Positions 26,466 to 36,642 of a stretch of DNA of 38,152 nucleotides are shown here, in pieces. Origin of the DNA: Octopus bimaculoides (lineage: Eukaryota); contig NC_068996.1 in assembly GCF_001194135.2 (NCBI RefSeq), positions 57,117,322 to 57,155,473 of the forward strand, written 5' to 3'. The notes under the pieces are model-generated. The model had not been told where the DNA came from. It saw only the letters and a list, made by a program, of their open reading frames with translations, and did not search any database. Each line of letters starts with the position of its first letter. Within the stretch, counting starts at the first letter, position 1. A program made the translations under genes and the position numbers.

Positions 26466-26850
26466 ATTATTGTGGATATTGCCTCACCGTGAAACTACAG
26501 GGTGAATGGGGACGAATGAGAGAAAGTGAAGGAATATGAGGAGCTGAAGAGAGAAATTAGGAAACTATGGAGAATCAGGCATATAGAAGTGGTACCGATT
26601 GTGGTTGGCACACTGGAGCATTTAGTAAAAGGTTGGATAGATGGTTTGGGAGGCTAGGAATTACCACGAGGACGGGACTGTTGCAGAAAACAGCCTTGTT
26701 AGGAACAGCAAGGATTCTAAGGAAGATGTTAGAAAATTGAAAAAGGAATTATGCAAAGGATATTTGGTCATTTGATATGGCTCATTCTTTTGTTATAATG
26801 TTGGCATATAATCTATTAGAGCAAAAGCGCCAATCATAATAATAATAATA
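26466..26850 (+). mobile_element. R4/Dong-type LINE 3' end (restriction-like endonuclease C-terminus, 3' UTR, (AAT)n)
   Basis: IIVDIASP*...EKVKEYEELKREIRKLWRIRHIEVVPIVVGTL / AFSKRLDRWFGRLGITTRTGLLQKTALLGTARILRKMLEN* (stop at 26738-26740), with one frameshift. Confidence 0.88.
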
Positions 26851-26859
26851 ACAACAACA

Positions 26860-27210
26860 TCAAGAGCACTCAGAGAGCGCAAACCTCGGCCAAGGCAATA
26901 CCAGCGTCCTCTCGGCGATTAGCCGGAGCTGATTTTTAAAATGAGAATATCTGAAATAAACTCGACTGCTCTCATAAACGAGAATACTAAAAATGAACCG
27001 GACCGCTCTCAAAAATTAAGTAAGAAAACAGGAAAGATAATCCAGAATCCTTGTCCGGTACCTGATCGATCCCCAAATCTAATCTGTTCGTGCTAGTCAC
27101 GAGGTCAAACATCCTTGAAAGTTTCATCCAAATCCATCCAGCGGTTCTTGCGATATCTTGTCCACGGACAAACAAACAAACAAATAAGACTGAAAATAAT
27201 AATGGTTGCA
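26860..27210. mobile_element. Helentron/DINE-1-like non-autonomous element (HINE)
   Basis: Starts aagagcactcagagagcgcaaacctcggcc and contains aaagtttcatccaaatccatccagcggttcttgcgatatc followed by (ACAA)n, an arrangement I recognise from DINE-1/HINE-like elements. Confidence 0.6.
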
Positions 27211-27214
27211 AATA

Positions 27215-27378
27215 TTGACACAAAGCCTGAAATTTGGGGGGAAAGGGCTAGTTGATTACATTGACTGGTACTTATTTCATCGACTCCAAAATTATGGGAA
27301 GCAAAGTCAACCTCAATGAAATTTGAACCCAAAGTAAAGCTTACTAAATTCCGCTAACGACTCTGCCAGTTCACCGCC

Positions 27379-27380
<2 letters not shown>
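27215..27380 (-). mobile_element. SINE family B copy
   Basis: ggtacttatttcatcgactcc...caaagtcaacctc...atttgaaccc...ctgccagttcaccgcctt, followed by (AAT)n. Confidence 0.8.
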
Positions 27381-27470
<90 letters not shown>

Positions 27471-27536
27471 AAGAAAAGAAGAAGAAGAAAAGAAGAAGAA
27501 GAAGAAGAAGAAGAAAAGAAGAAGAAGAAGAAGAAG

Positions 27537-27566
<30 letters not shown>
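27381..27566. repeat. Compound microsatellite: (AAT)20 followed by ~126 bp of (AAG)n
   Basis: Read directly from the sequence; it explains the poly-L/F/S/I ORFs at 27354-27747. Confidence 0.97.
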
Positions 27567-27567
<1 letters not shown>

Positions 27568-27619
27568 GCACATAGTATACCAATATGTGAACACATGAAA
27601 GATGCAGTCCTCCTGATAG

Positions 27620-28330
27620 CGGAGAAACTCCATCTGGGGCCAATCAAGGAACTTCATAGCTCCAGATTTACCATGACAACCAAAGGCACAAGCCCTCGTC
27701 AAACTGTTGTTCTCCAATCTGTAGGCGCGTGCTTGAAGTAGGTCCATTCACTCTAACCATTTTTGTCAGTTACCTTTTTACAAATTCATTGACAGGGAGA
27801 ACTTTTCTCTACCCTCACTTTCTTTTCCAAGTGGAACCTTAAAAAGTCGATGAGGGTTTGACCGAAGAGAAAGATGTCTTTCCTTGATCCTTTCAGCCCC
27901 TTTCCAACACATAACCTCTTTCATTATGGCCCCTGGATGGAAAAAACACTGCCTTCCGGTCTTGTTAAAAGCGGGTGGTAAAGTGAGCCTCATGGTGGAT
28001 TCAGTCGATAATCGGATTCGTCTTACACGCCACAATATAACTCCACAAGTCAGCAATGCTTAGACACTGCAGAACGGTTTATTCGCTCTGCACACATACC
28101 CGGTACCCGCGCCTAGTGTCACGTATGTGCCAATAGAGTTTTATCTCAAACTGGCAGTGCTCTTCTAAAGCACTACTAGGCCAGGGATTTCTAGAAGTTA
28201 TCCACGCTAGTTCCGAGCCCCAGAGTCTTCCGATCTAGGCCAGTCGTTTCATCCTCGTCGAAGCCTAAAGTTTCCCTGAGAATATAATCACTCTTATCCA
28301 CCACAAGATTTCCATATATTGCCAACGTAG
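27620..28330 (-). mobile_element. Possible highly decayed LINE (AP-endonuclease-like region)
   Basis: GC-richer block with faint resemblances (TMRLTLP; LQARAY...GCHGK versus FNARVG...GxHGxG). Not conclusive. Confidence 0.25.
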
Positions 28331-28397
28331 AACTTGCACTGACTGCATTGGCCGACCGGTGGAGGGCAATGAGCGCCCAGACACAAGACCTGAAAGT

Positions 28398-28566
28398 TGT
28401 GGGATGGGGCTAGTCGATTGCATCGCCTGCAGGAATTGACTGGTGCTTATTATATCGACCTCAAAAAGATGGAAGGTAAAGTTGATCTCGATGAGATTTG
28501 AACTCAGAACGTTAAGTATCGAAAAAAGAAATGCTGTATGGCATAATTTTTCGACCGCTCTCATCT
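28398..28566 (-). mobile_element. SINE family B, diverged copy directly adjacent to 28586-28801
   Basis: ggtgcttattatatcgacctcaaaaagatggaaggtaaagttgatctcgatgagatttgaactcagaacg aligns to the family B core. Confidence 0.75.
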
Positions 28567-28585
28567 GCCAAATAACTTACAAACA

Positions 28586-28801
28586 TTCCTTTCTACTCTA
28601 GGCACAAGGCTCGAAATTTTGGGGGAGAGGACCAGTCGATTAGATCGACTCCAGTACGCAATTGGTACTTAATTTATCGACCCTGAAAGGATGAAAAGCA
28701 AAGTCGACCTCGGCGGAATTTGAATTCAGAACGTAACGGCAGACGAAATACCACTAAGCATTTCGCCCGGCGTGCTAACGTTTCTGTCTGCTCGCCGCCT
28801 T
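28586..28801 (-). mobile_element. tRNA-derived SINE family B, best-preserved copy, with a central domain resembling the Meta/MESC type
   Basis: Minus strand reads AAGGCGGCGAGCAGACAGAAACGTTAGC...GAATTCAAATTCC (B box) GCCGAGGTCGACTTTGCTTTTCATCCTTTCAGGGTCGATAAATTAAGTACC. There are multiple homologous copies in the window. The domain name is from memory and unverified. Confidence 0.85.
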
Positions 28802-29108
28802 AGATAACTTATAAACAATGGCACAAGAATGCGTTTGTCTGAGCAAGATAATTAAATCGACTGACTCAGCCGCAGTATGTGACTGCTACTAATATTATCG
28901 ATTTTGAGTTACACGAACTGCAGAGTCACACCTCGATCAAATTGTCAATTGAAAGAGATTAGATTCAGTTCTAGAATTAGAATTAGTTCGGCCCTTTACT
29001 ATTTCGTCACACTGCTCTTACCAAGAAATACAAACACAAACGCAAACACAAACGCGCGTGCGCACGCACACACACATACGCACATATGTGTGTGTGTGTG
29101 TGTGTGTA

Positions 29109-29413
29109 CAGTGGCGGATTGGCCAAGTTGCCAGCTTGCCCGATGGCAAGTGGACCCCTGCGCCATTAGAATCTATATATGGGATCCCACGTTAGTATCT
29201 AAGGAGCCCATCCACTCAAGTTTGAGAATTTTTTATTCACTCTTGGAAGAATGCATTAATTCTTTCAGCCTGGCTGTGTTTGCAGACAATTGAAAATAAT
29301 ACTTTTAACAAAAAAAAAATTAGTATTGTAGTTGCTGGTGGGCCCCCTTGTAGTTGCGGGTGGGCCCCTTTAGTCTCCTGGCAACCAATAATTTTAGACC
29401 TAGTCCGCCACTG
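29109..29413. mobile_element. hAT-like MITE, 305 bp, inserted in a TG/TA microsatellite
   Basis: Perfect 10-bp TIRs CAGTGGCGGA (29109-29118) and TCCGCCACTG (29404-29413), with internal GGGCCCC motifs in a tandem ~21-bp duplication. Confidence 0.8.
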
Positions 29414-30891
29414 TATATATATATAATCATACACACTCACAGGCCTTACATTAAGGGAGAAAATATAATAAAATATATCTAGTGTAGTGCCTGTCTCTCT
29501 ATATTTATTTTTCTCAATCTCTGGAAGGATGAAAGGCAAAGTTAACAATGGTACGGTTTTTAACTCACATCGCAGAAGGGACGTAACTAAATGCCTCAAA
29601 GACATTTCTGTCGGTTGCTCAACCAACTTAACCACCACAAATGAAGACTGCTTTATATACTCTTGATGCTCAAATAAAATTTGCTACAAAGTCAATATTA
29701 ACATCATAACAACATTAACTTAGTGTGGTTTGGGGATTCTGTGTGTTGGGGAGTGGTATAATTTGGCCCCAGTAATCCTCGAATTGGAGTGTTTGATCTT
29801 CCATTCGTCCTATAAAGATGGATTGAGATCTCTGATCGTATATTGTTGAAGCTATGTGTTTGTATACTGCTAGTGCTGCTGCTGCTGCCGCTGTTGCTAT
29901 TGTTATTCTCTAGTTCTTGCTGCAGTTATTGACTGTCAAATCTAATTCTGAAAAGGAGGCGGTAGCGTTAGACCGCAGCAGATCTGTCATCCTGTCATAT
30001 TCTATCAGGCTTGAAAGCGATCAAAGATGGTGTTTCTATGAGATTGTTTGAAAAGGAGTGAATATGTATGTGTTTGCGTTCGTGTATTTATGTCCCTGTG
30101 TGTGCTTCCATATACAAACATACATATATGTAATTTATATATTTGTGTGCGCTCGTGTGCGCGTTTGTGTGTGTGTTTTAGCATGTGTGTCCGTGCGTAT
30201 ATCTATTAGTGTATGCGCACATCTCTTTCCTCTCTCCCCATATACATAAATACACACGCACACACAAATATATAAACGCATACCCCCCACACACATACAT
30301 AAGTGTATATACATACACATGAATATATATTTATCCTATCCTAATATAATCAATGTTGCTTATCACTAAAAAGCAGTTGGTTTAAAACCGTTGTTGTTGT
30401 TAGTAGTTATAGTAGTCACGTTACCGTGCACTGTGTCTTTGGATTGCCTTGTATCGCATACTTTTTCTTTTGATTCCCCCTCCAGTGCCTTCTTTAAAAC
30501 TGCATTTAGGCATTTATAGATTAAAAATCTGGTATGAACAATCCCATTAAATGAAAAAATCATTTATTGTCTTGTTTGGAGAGGTGAAATCAAAGGCACG
30601 GTTGTATTGCTAAGAAATTTACTGAGAGACCATTTGGTTCTGTAGATACGTTTGTATTACAATTTAGACTGTCTTCTTTCACAGCCTTGGGTTTTAAAAT
30701 GCCTTGAAAGTAAAATTTGATAGGCGAAAAGTGTATGAGGAGTAGTCATATACATAGATACATATGTACGTACGTACGTACATACATACATACGTAATTA
30801 CATGCATACATACACACATACATACGTACATACATACATACATACATACATACATACATTAAAATAGTGAATAAAAGCAACCAATAAGTTA

Positions 30892-31206
30892 AGGCAGGAC
30901 AAGGACATTTGATATATCCAATTTAAAAGATGTAGCTACATAACTAATGGTAAAAAAAAATAGTACAAAAAAATAGTACAAAAAAAATAGTACAAAGGCA
31001 GTCTCTGACAAATGTTTCTGGGATATTCCAACTATTGGAGCATCGTAACCAACGAAAACTCTCAGTACGATGCTCCAATAGTTGGAATATCCCAGAAACA
31101 ATTGTCAGAGACTGCCTTTACCAGTTTGTACTATTTTTTTTTTACCATTCGTTATGAAGCTAAATTCTGATTGGATTAAATGAAATCAAATGTTCTTGTC
31201 CTGCCT
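30892..31206. mobile_element. Foldback MITE, possibly Harbinger/Tourist-like
   Basis: The whole element is palindromic. Termini are aggcaggacaag and cttgtcctgcct; inner arms 30994-31047 and 31066-31119 match at 53/54 around an 18-nt loop. Flanks TAA and TAG resemble a TWA TSD. Confidence 0.85.
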
Positions 31207-31383
31207 AGTTGTTTGCGTTTCCCCCTCACTACTTTAACCTACTGATTCAAAGGGAAGCCACCATTAGCCATTTTTTTTAACAAGATAATCACACAACCAC
31301 TACTTCAACTGAATTTTGGTTGCACACCTATTTGAGCACTCAGAACACATACCTATTAGGTTCAACTACTCTGATGAAAACCC

Positions 31384-31486
<103 letters not shown>

Positions 31487-31549
31487 GATATATATATGTT
31501 ATTTCTTTACTACCCACAAGGGGCTACACACAGAGGGGACATATATATA

Positions 31550-32391
31550 TGTAGTGAAACTACCTATCGCCATTAGATACAAAACTGCTATCGCCATTCT
31601 TCTCATTTAAATATAAACAAGCGCGGGCGTAGCGGAGAACCCATTCCTTGTCATCACGTGACTGATCATTATTCGAATCGGCAACTTCTTCGAACCGTTC
31701 CCGCCAGAACGCAAACTGACCAATCACAGCCCTTAATAAGATCACGTGATAGTGTTTTTCTACTACGGTCTTGGACACCCTGAACGCTATAAATAGATCA
31801 ACTCATACCCAGCAAATTTGTCTCGGTCCAGTTTCTCTTTGAGATCTGTTCCGTGTACCACACGACAGCAGCAGCAGCAGCCAGCGACCACTTCAACAGC
31901 TTCGTCCAGCCAACGATGACCACCGCCGTCGCCACATCAGCAACATGAGTCTACGACTACTAACCAGCATCATCGTCATGACCAACACGATTCTACGATT
32001 ACTACTAACCAGCATCAATCTCCACCAGCGTTTACACGACTTTCTATGTACACCAATCCAAACCTCCGCGGCACATCTCTCTCTTCGATTTTGTTAGGTG
32101 ACTCAGCTTCACCACGGTAAATAAACAGACAAGAATTTCAGCCAGCGACGAACATCTGTATAACAAGAATCACGGCCCGGCATCGATGCCACGACATCAC
32201 AACTAGTGATCAGCTCTGCCACACTCGCAGCCAACTCACTTCATACAGACTCATACTATTGTGTACTAAAGAACTGGTATAATTGCTCACGTGTTATTGA
32301 CTCTCTTTCTATCTGCTGTAATAACTCACATACACACTTTTCTTTGTACGACGGCCTGTCTTTGATTATGTTCTTATATGTCGCATTCACA
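31550..32391 (+). mobile_element. Probable solo LTR
   Basis: Starts TGTAGTGAA and ends TTCACA; CpG-rich. Contains TCACGTGA at 31654 and 31742, CCAAT at 31720, TATAAATA at 31788 and AATAAA at 32120. No ORF; TSD not resolvable because of flanking (TA)n and a gap. Confidence 0.55.
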
Positions 32392-32482
32392 CTCTNNNNN
32401 NNNNNNNNNNNNNNNNNNNNNNNNNNNNNNNNNNNNNNNNNNNNNNNNNNNNNNNNNNNNNNNNNNNNNNNNNNNNNNNNNN

Positions 32483-32532
<50 letters not shown>

Positions 32533-32570
32533 TGTGTGTGTGTGTGTGTGTATGTGTGTGTATACATGTG

Positions 32571-32817
32571 TGGAGGTGTGGGGGTTAGTGGTTATTGTCT
32601 TGGACTCTTGATCGTAAGATTGTGATTTAGATTCCTGGACCGGGTGATGCATTGTGTTCTTGAGCAAGAACCTTATGTTCATTTCACGTTGTTCCAGTTC
32701 ACTCAGCTGGCAAAAATGAGTAACCCTGCGATGGGCTAGAGCCCCGTCCAGGTGGGGAATATATATGCCATGGAAACCAGGAAACTGACCCTCATGCCTA
32801 GCATAGCTTGAGAAGGG
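32571..32817 (+). mobile_element. Third tRNA-derived SINE family (CORE/V-like central domain)
   Basis: A-box-like TGGAGGTGTGGGGGTTAGTGG, B-box-like GATTTAGATTCC, then ttcttgagcaagaacc...cactcagctggcaaaaatgagtaaccctgcgatgggctagagccccgtccagg. Superfamily assignment is by recollection only. Confidence 0.6.
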
Positions 32818-32840
32818 AATATTTTTTACTTTGTATATAT

Positions 32841-33005
32841 AGGCGCAGGAGTGGCTATGTGGTAAGTAGCTCGTTTCCCAACCATATGGTTCTGGGTTCA
32901 GTCCTACTGCGGAGCGCCTTGGGCAAGTGTCTTCTACTATAGCCCGCGCCGACCTAAGTCTTATGAGTAGATTTGGTAGAAGAAAATTGAAAGAAGGCCG
33001 TCGTA

Positions 33006-33064
<59 letters not shown>

Positions 33065-33282
33065 GTATGTATGTATGCATGTATGCATATGTTTGTGTCC
33101 CTGTGTTTGTCCCCCACCCCACCCCAACATCGCTTGACAACCGATGTTGGTGTGTTTACGTCTCCGATAGAATAAGTACTAGGCTTACAAAGAATAAGTC
33201 CTGGGGTCGATTTGCTCAACTGAAGGCAGTGCTCCAGCATGGCTGCAGTCAAATGACTGAAACCTGTAAAAGAGTAGAATAT
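32841..33282 (+). mobile_element. tRNA-derived SINE family A, near full length
   Basis: AGGCGCAGGAGTGGCTATGTGG...GGTTCAGTCC head, internal (TA)n/(TATG)n at ~33004-33090, then tail ...GTGCTCCAGCATGGCTGCAGTCAAATGACTGAAAC. Confidence 0.88.
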
Positions 33283-33951
33283 ATTTGTACGTACGTTGTG
33301 TGTATGGTATGTATGTATGTATGTGTGTATGTATTATAGCGTTAAAAGTTGTAAACAACGACTGGAAAACTAATAAATTTGCTCCTTCGTTAGAGGACAA
33401 CTCTCATCCACATACGCACCCTGACATTCTTGCCATTGTAAATAGAGTGAGCCAGTAATTGGCTGGTTATTTCTAACAATACTCACATCCACAATATATA
33501 CGATAAAACAAAAATAAATAAAACGAAATGCAATAAAAGACAAATTGGTTAATGTTAAAAATTCACGACAAACAGATCCTTGAAGGATATTCCGTGACTG
33601 CGCGCGCGCGCGCATGCACATGTACACACACACACTACATTCTTTATATACATTATATTCCGCGTCTGTGATCAATTAAATCAGTTTCTTTTTGTTTGTT
33701 TGTTTTTCATGTGGTGGTACTTGGGAGTTTGAGAGGAGTGTTGGGGCAACAACTTGTTATATTTAATAAAATTAACATGATTTTTAAAGTTTTTAAACTT
33801 GCGCAACTTCATGGTGAAACTCAAACGCAAAACTCCGTTTTCTCGTCTCATGAATCAAGAACGGGACGGAATCAAAAAATTTCCCTAATATATTCTTCGG
33901 CGTTTTGCTTTTCAAGAAACACTGAAATTAATTCCAATTACATTCATTTAC

Positions 33952-33998
<47 letters not shown>

Positions 33999-34245
33999 GC
34001 TTTGCTCTTTAACACTTCAGAGATCAATTAAATAGTACCAGTCATATACTTTTCTGTTTGGTTACCAGCGTCAATTTTCTGTTCGAATTGATTTCATATT
34101 CAGTATAATGATACACTTTTATAGGCTAAGTAATGACGTGAAAGTAATTTTCGCTATAAATCAATAAATAAAGAGTTATTAGTAATTAAAGTTTGAACAT
34201 GTTGCGTATTTTAACCAATCGTAAGATACAGACACATTCATGGCT

Positions 34246-34289
34246 GTTTCGATAGTAACAAGAACTCTTTTGCCTGTTGCCATAGTAAC
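34246..34289. promoter_or_regulatory. Tandem RFX X-box-like motifs, 30 bp apart
   Basis: GTTTCGATAGTAAC (34246-34259) and GTTGCCATAGTAAC (34276-34289) versus the RFX consensus GTTNCCATGGNAAC; a CCAAT lies just upstream (~34215). Motif match only. Confidence 0.35.
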
Positions 34290-34382
34290 AGTCTTTGAAA
34301 AGTCTGCGACGAAGCACGTGTTGATAGCAGTCTTGTTTACTCGTTTCTTTTTGTCATTGAGCATTGAGGTGGTTGTCAAGTG

Positions 34383-34935
34383 GGATCTATTTTAAAACGG
34401 GGGCCACATTTTTCATTAATGTTTTACGTAGTGTTTTTGGTACGGAAAGACTTTCAAACTTCGTATACTTATCTATTTTGTGTTATAGAACAGAAAAATA
34501 TTTTTGTATTCGAATTTATTTCATGTAAAAAATTGTCTTATTTCGATAATTTCAACCAATCACTGACAAGTATTCAGTTGTTTATATTTACTCCTTTGGC
34601 TGATTAAGCGATGTAAAGCGTATTTAATATCCATACCTTCGTTTTATTTGCTTTAACTCTAACCCTAACCCTAACCCTAACCCTAGGGTTAGGGTTAATT
34701 GTTTCAGAATCGTTTGTTTATGTAGTCGGCACTTAATGTATATCGGCTGAATGGACGTCAGTGATTGGTTGAAATTACAGAAATACGACAACTTTAACAT
34801 GGAATAATTTATGGATTTCTTTTTTTTTAAGAAGACTAAGAGAAAAAGATGTTTTATATGACACATTCTACCAGTGTTCCAAGTTTCAAAGTGTTTCGTT
34901 AATGAAAAATGTGGCCCCCGTTTTAAAAAAGATCC
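34383..34935. mobile_element. Palindromic MITE (553 bp) centred on inverted telomeric repeats
   Basis: 37-bp TIRs at 34383-34419 and 34899-34935 match at 36/37, and inner arms are also complementary. The centre at 34654-34697 is TAACTC(TAACCC)4TA(GGGTTA)2. Confidence 0.9.
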
Positions 34936-34942
34936 TTGAAGT

Positions 34943-35160
34943 GTGCTAAAAATAACAGCTAAATAAGATTTTTCTCGATAAATCTTTTAAATTAAAATTT
35001 ATTTGCCAGCATCTCGCTCAGAGATTTAAAACTAACTGTTTTCCTCTTTTAAATTAACATAAGCATTTATTTACACGAAAGAAAATTACCGGAGAACTTT
35101 CGTGCTAAAAATAATAGCTAAATAAGATTTATTTACACGAGAGAAAATTACCGGAGACAT
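34943..35160 (+). repeat. Local direct duplications
   Basis: tgctaaaaataa(c/t)agctaaataagattt occurs at ~34945 and ~35103; atttatttacacga(a/g)agaaaattaccggaga occurs at ~35066 and ~35127. Confidence 0.8.
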
Positions 35161-35455
35161 AACACGTGTTGTTTACAAGTATTCACAACACGTACTATTT
35201 TCAGGATATTGACGACAAAATGTGCAGTCACGCACAAAATGACAGCTTCAAACTTGAAACTTCTATAACTTTTTAAAAACATTTTTCTGAAAAAAATTAA
35301 ATAATTCCAGCAATTCAGTTTGGGCAGGTGTATTATTGTGTCAAATTTTAAAATTTTCGGTAAACTTTAATTTTTGGACCCTTTGACAATCAAACAGAAA
35401 AGATCCCAAATCTGTGATTTCGTGTTAATGTCATGGCTGTCTTTTGTTGTTGCAG

Positions 35456-35665
35456 GTCAAAGTTATGGTACGAATATTTTCACCTCCCAACGGCAATAAC
35501 GGAGACCACAGCTCTCTAATACTCTCAGTAGATGCTCGCAAGAAACAAATAACTCTCCATGACCCTTCAACAAGTGGGTACGTGTCAGCTGCTCATAGGA
35601 GGACAGGCATTGTTGCTCCAAAGACCTTCGCTTTTGATGCAGTTTTTCCGCAAGACGATTCGCTG
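35456..35665 (+). CDS. KIF26: Internal coding exon of a KIF26A/B-like (vab-8, kinesin-11 family) gene, N-terminal part of the motor domain
   Basis: Translation VKVMVRIFSPPNGNNGDHSSLILSVDARKKQITLHDPSTSGYVSAAHRRTGIVAPKTFAFDAVFPQDDSL matches the KIF26 pattern as I recall it (VKVMLRI...KVDPRKKQITLYDP...PPKMFAFDAVFPQDASQ). Acceptor cttttgttgttgcAG ends at 35455; donor GTGAGT is at 35666-35671; 210 nt = 70 codons, phase 0-0. Confidence 0.92.
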
Positions 35666-35739
35666 GTGAGTTGAAGTAACATTTTTTTATTATCATTTCA
35701 TTGTACGACTATCGGTTTGCTTCTACTTCATCATTCCTT

Positions 35740-36145
35740 TAGCACTGTCATCACCATTGTCATCGTCATCATCATCATCGTCACTTCCTACCACCATCTC
35801 TACCTCCGCCACAACCATCATCATCATCACCAACACTACCACCACCACCATCATCACGTCAATATTACCAAGTTAAAGATATTCTGTTATCATCAGCGTC
35901 AATGACTTTGTCATCATCATCATCATCTATATCCTCTTCTTCCTCTTCCTCTTCCTCATCTTCACCATCATCATCATCATCATCTTCGTTGTCTTTATCG
36001 TCAACGTTATTATCACTTTCATATTGTTCGTTGTTATCACTATCTCACTTGCATCATCGCCGTCGTCGTTGTAACGATCATTATTGTTGACATCATCAAT
36101 ATCATTACTATTGTCAATACCATCTTCATTGTCTTTATTATCCAT
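35740..36145. repeat. Degenerate (CAT)/(CAC)/(CTT) low-complexity tract just downstream of the exon
   Basis: Read directly from the sequence; it explains the poly-S/H/D ORFs. Confidence 0.85.
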
Positions 36146-36570
36146 ACCTTTTGCTTTTTGTCTTCATGTTGTTGATTTTTTTTTTCTGTCCCTTGCCTTT
36201 CTATATCTCAAGTGACCACCACATTGATTTTTTTGTTTTTCAATTCTTGTTCTTCCGAAGTTCTCCTAAATTCATAAATATATTTGACAACCAAAGGGTC
36301 GTCGCTGTCATCGACTAAATATCAAAACCTAACACGTATTATGTCTTTAACCCGGCGTCATTTCATGGAAAATATGGCGGTAGGAGAGGAGGAGGAGGAA
36401 GAGGAGAATAGAACCGTTTTTATTAGATGCTAACATTGATTTCCAACTTCGACTTAGTCTCATTGTTCTTCTTGTGCCATGCCTACAGGCGCCGACCATC
36501 ACAGAGCTCTAAACCTTCCTCTCCCATACACTGTCTTTCTGTAGCCAGCTGGTGAGGTTACCGAGTATAT

Positions 36571-36642
<72 letters not shown>

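Noticed and set aside
34654-34697. Telomere-telomere fusion scar
   Set aside because: The orientation is (CCCTAA)n then (TTAGGG)n, opposite to a fusion, and it lies at the centre of a TIR element.
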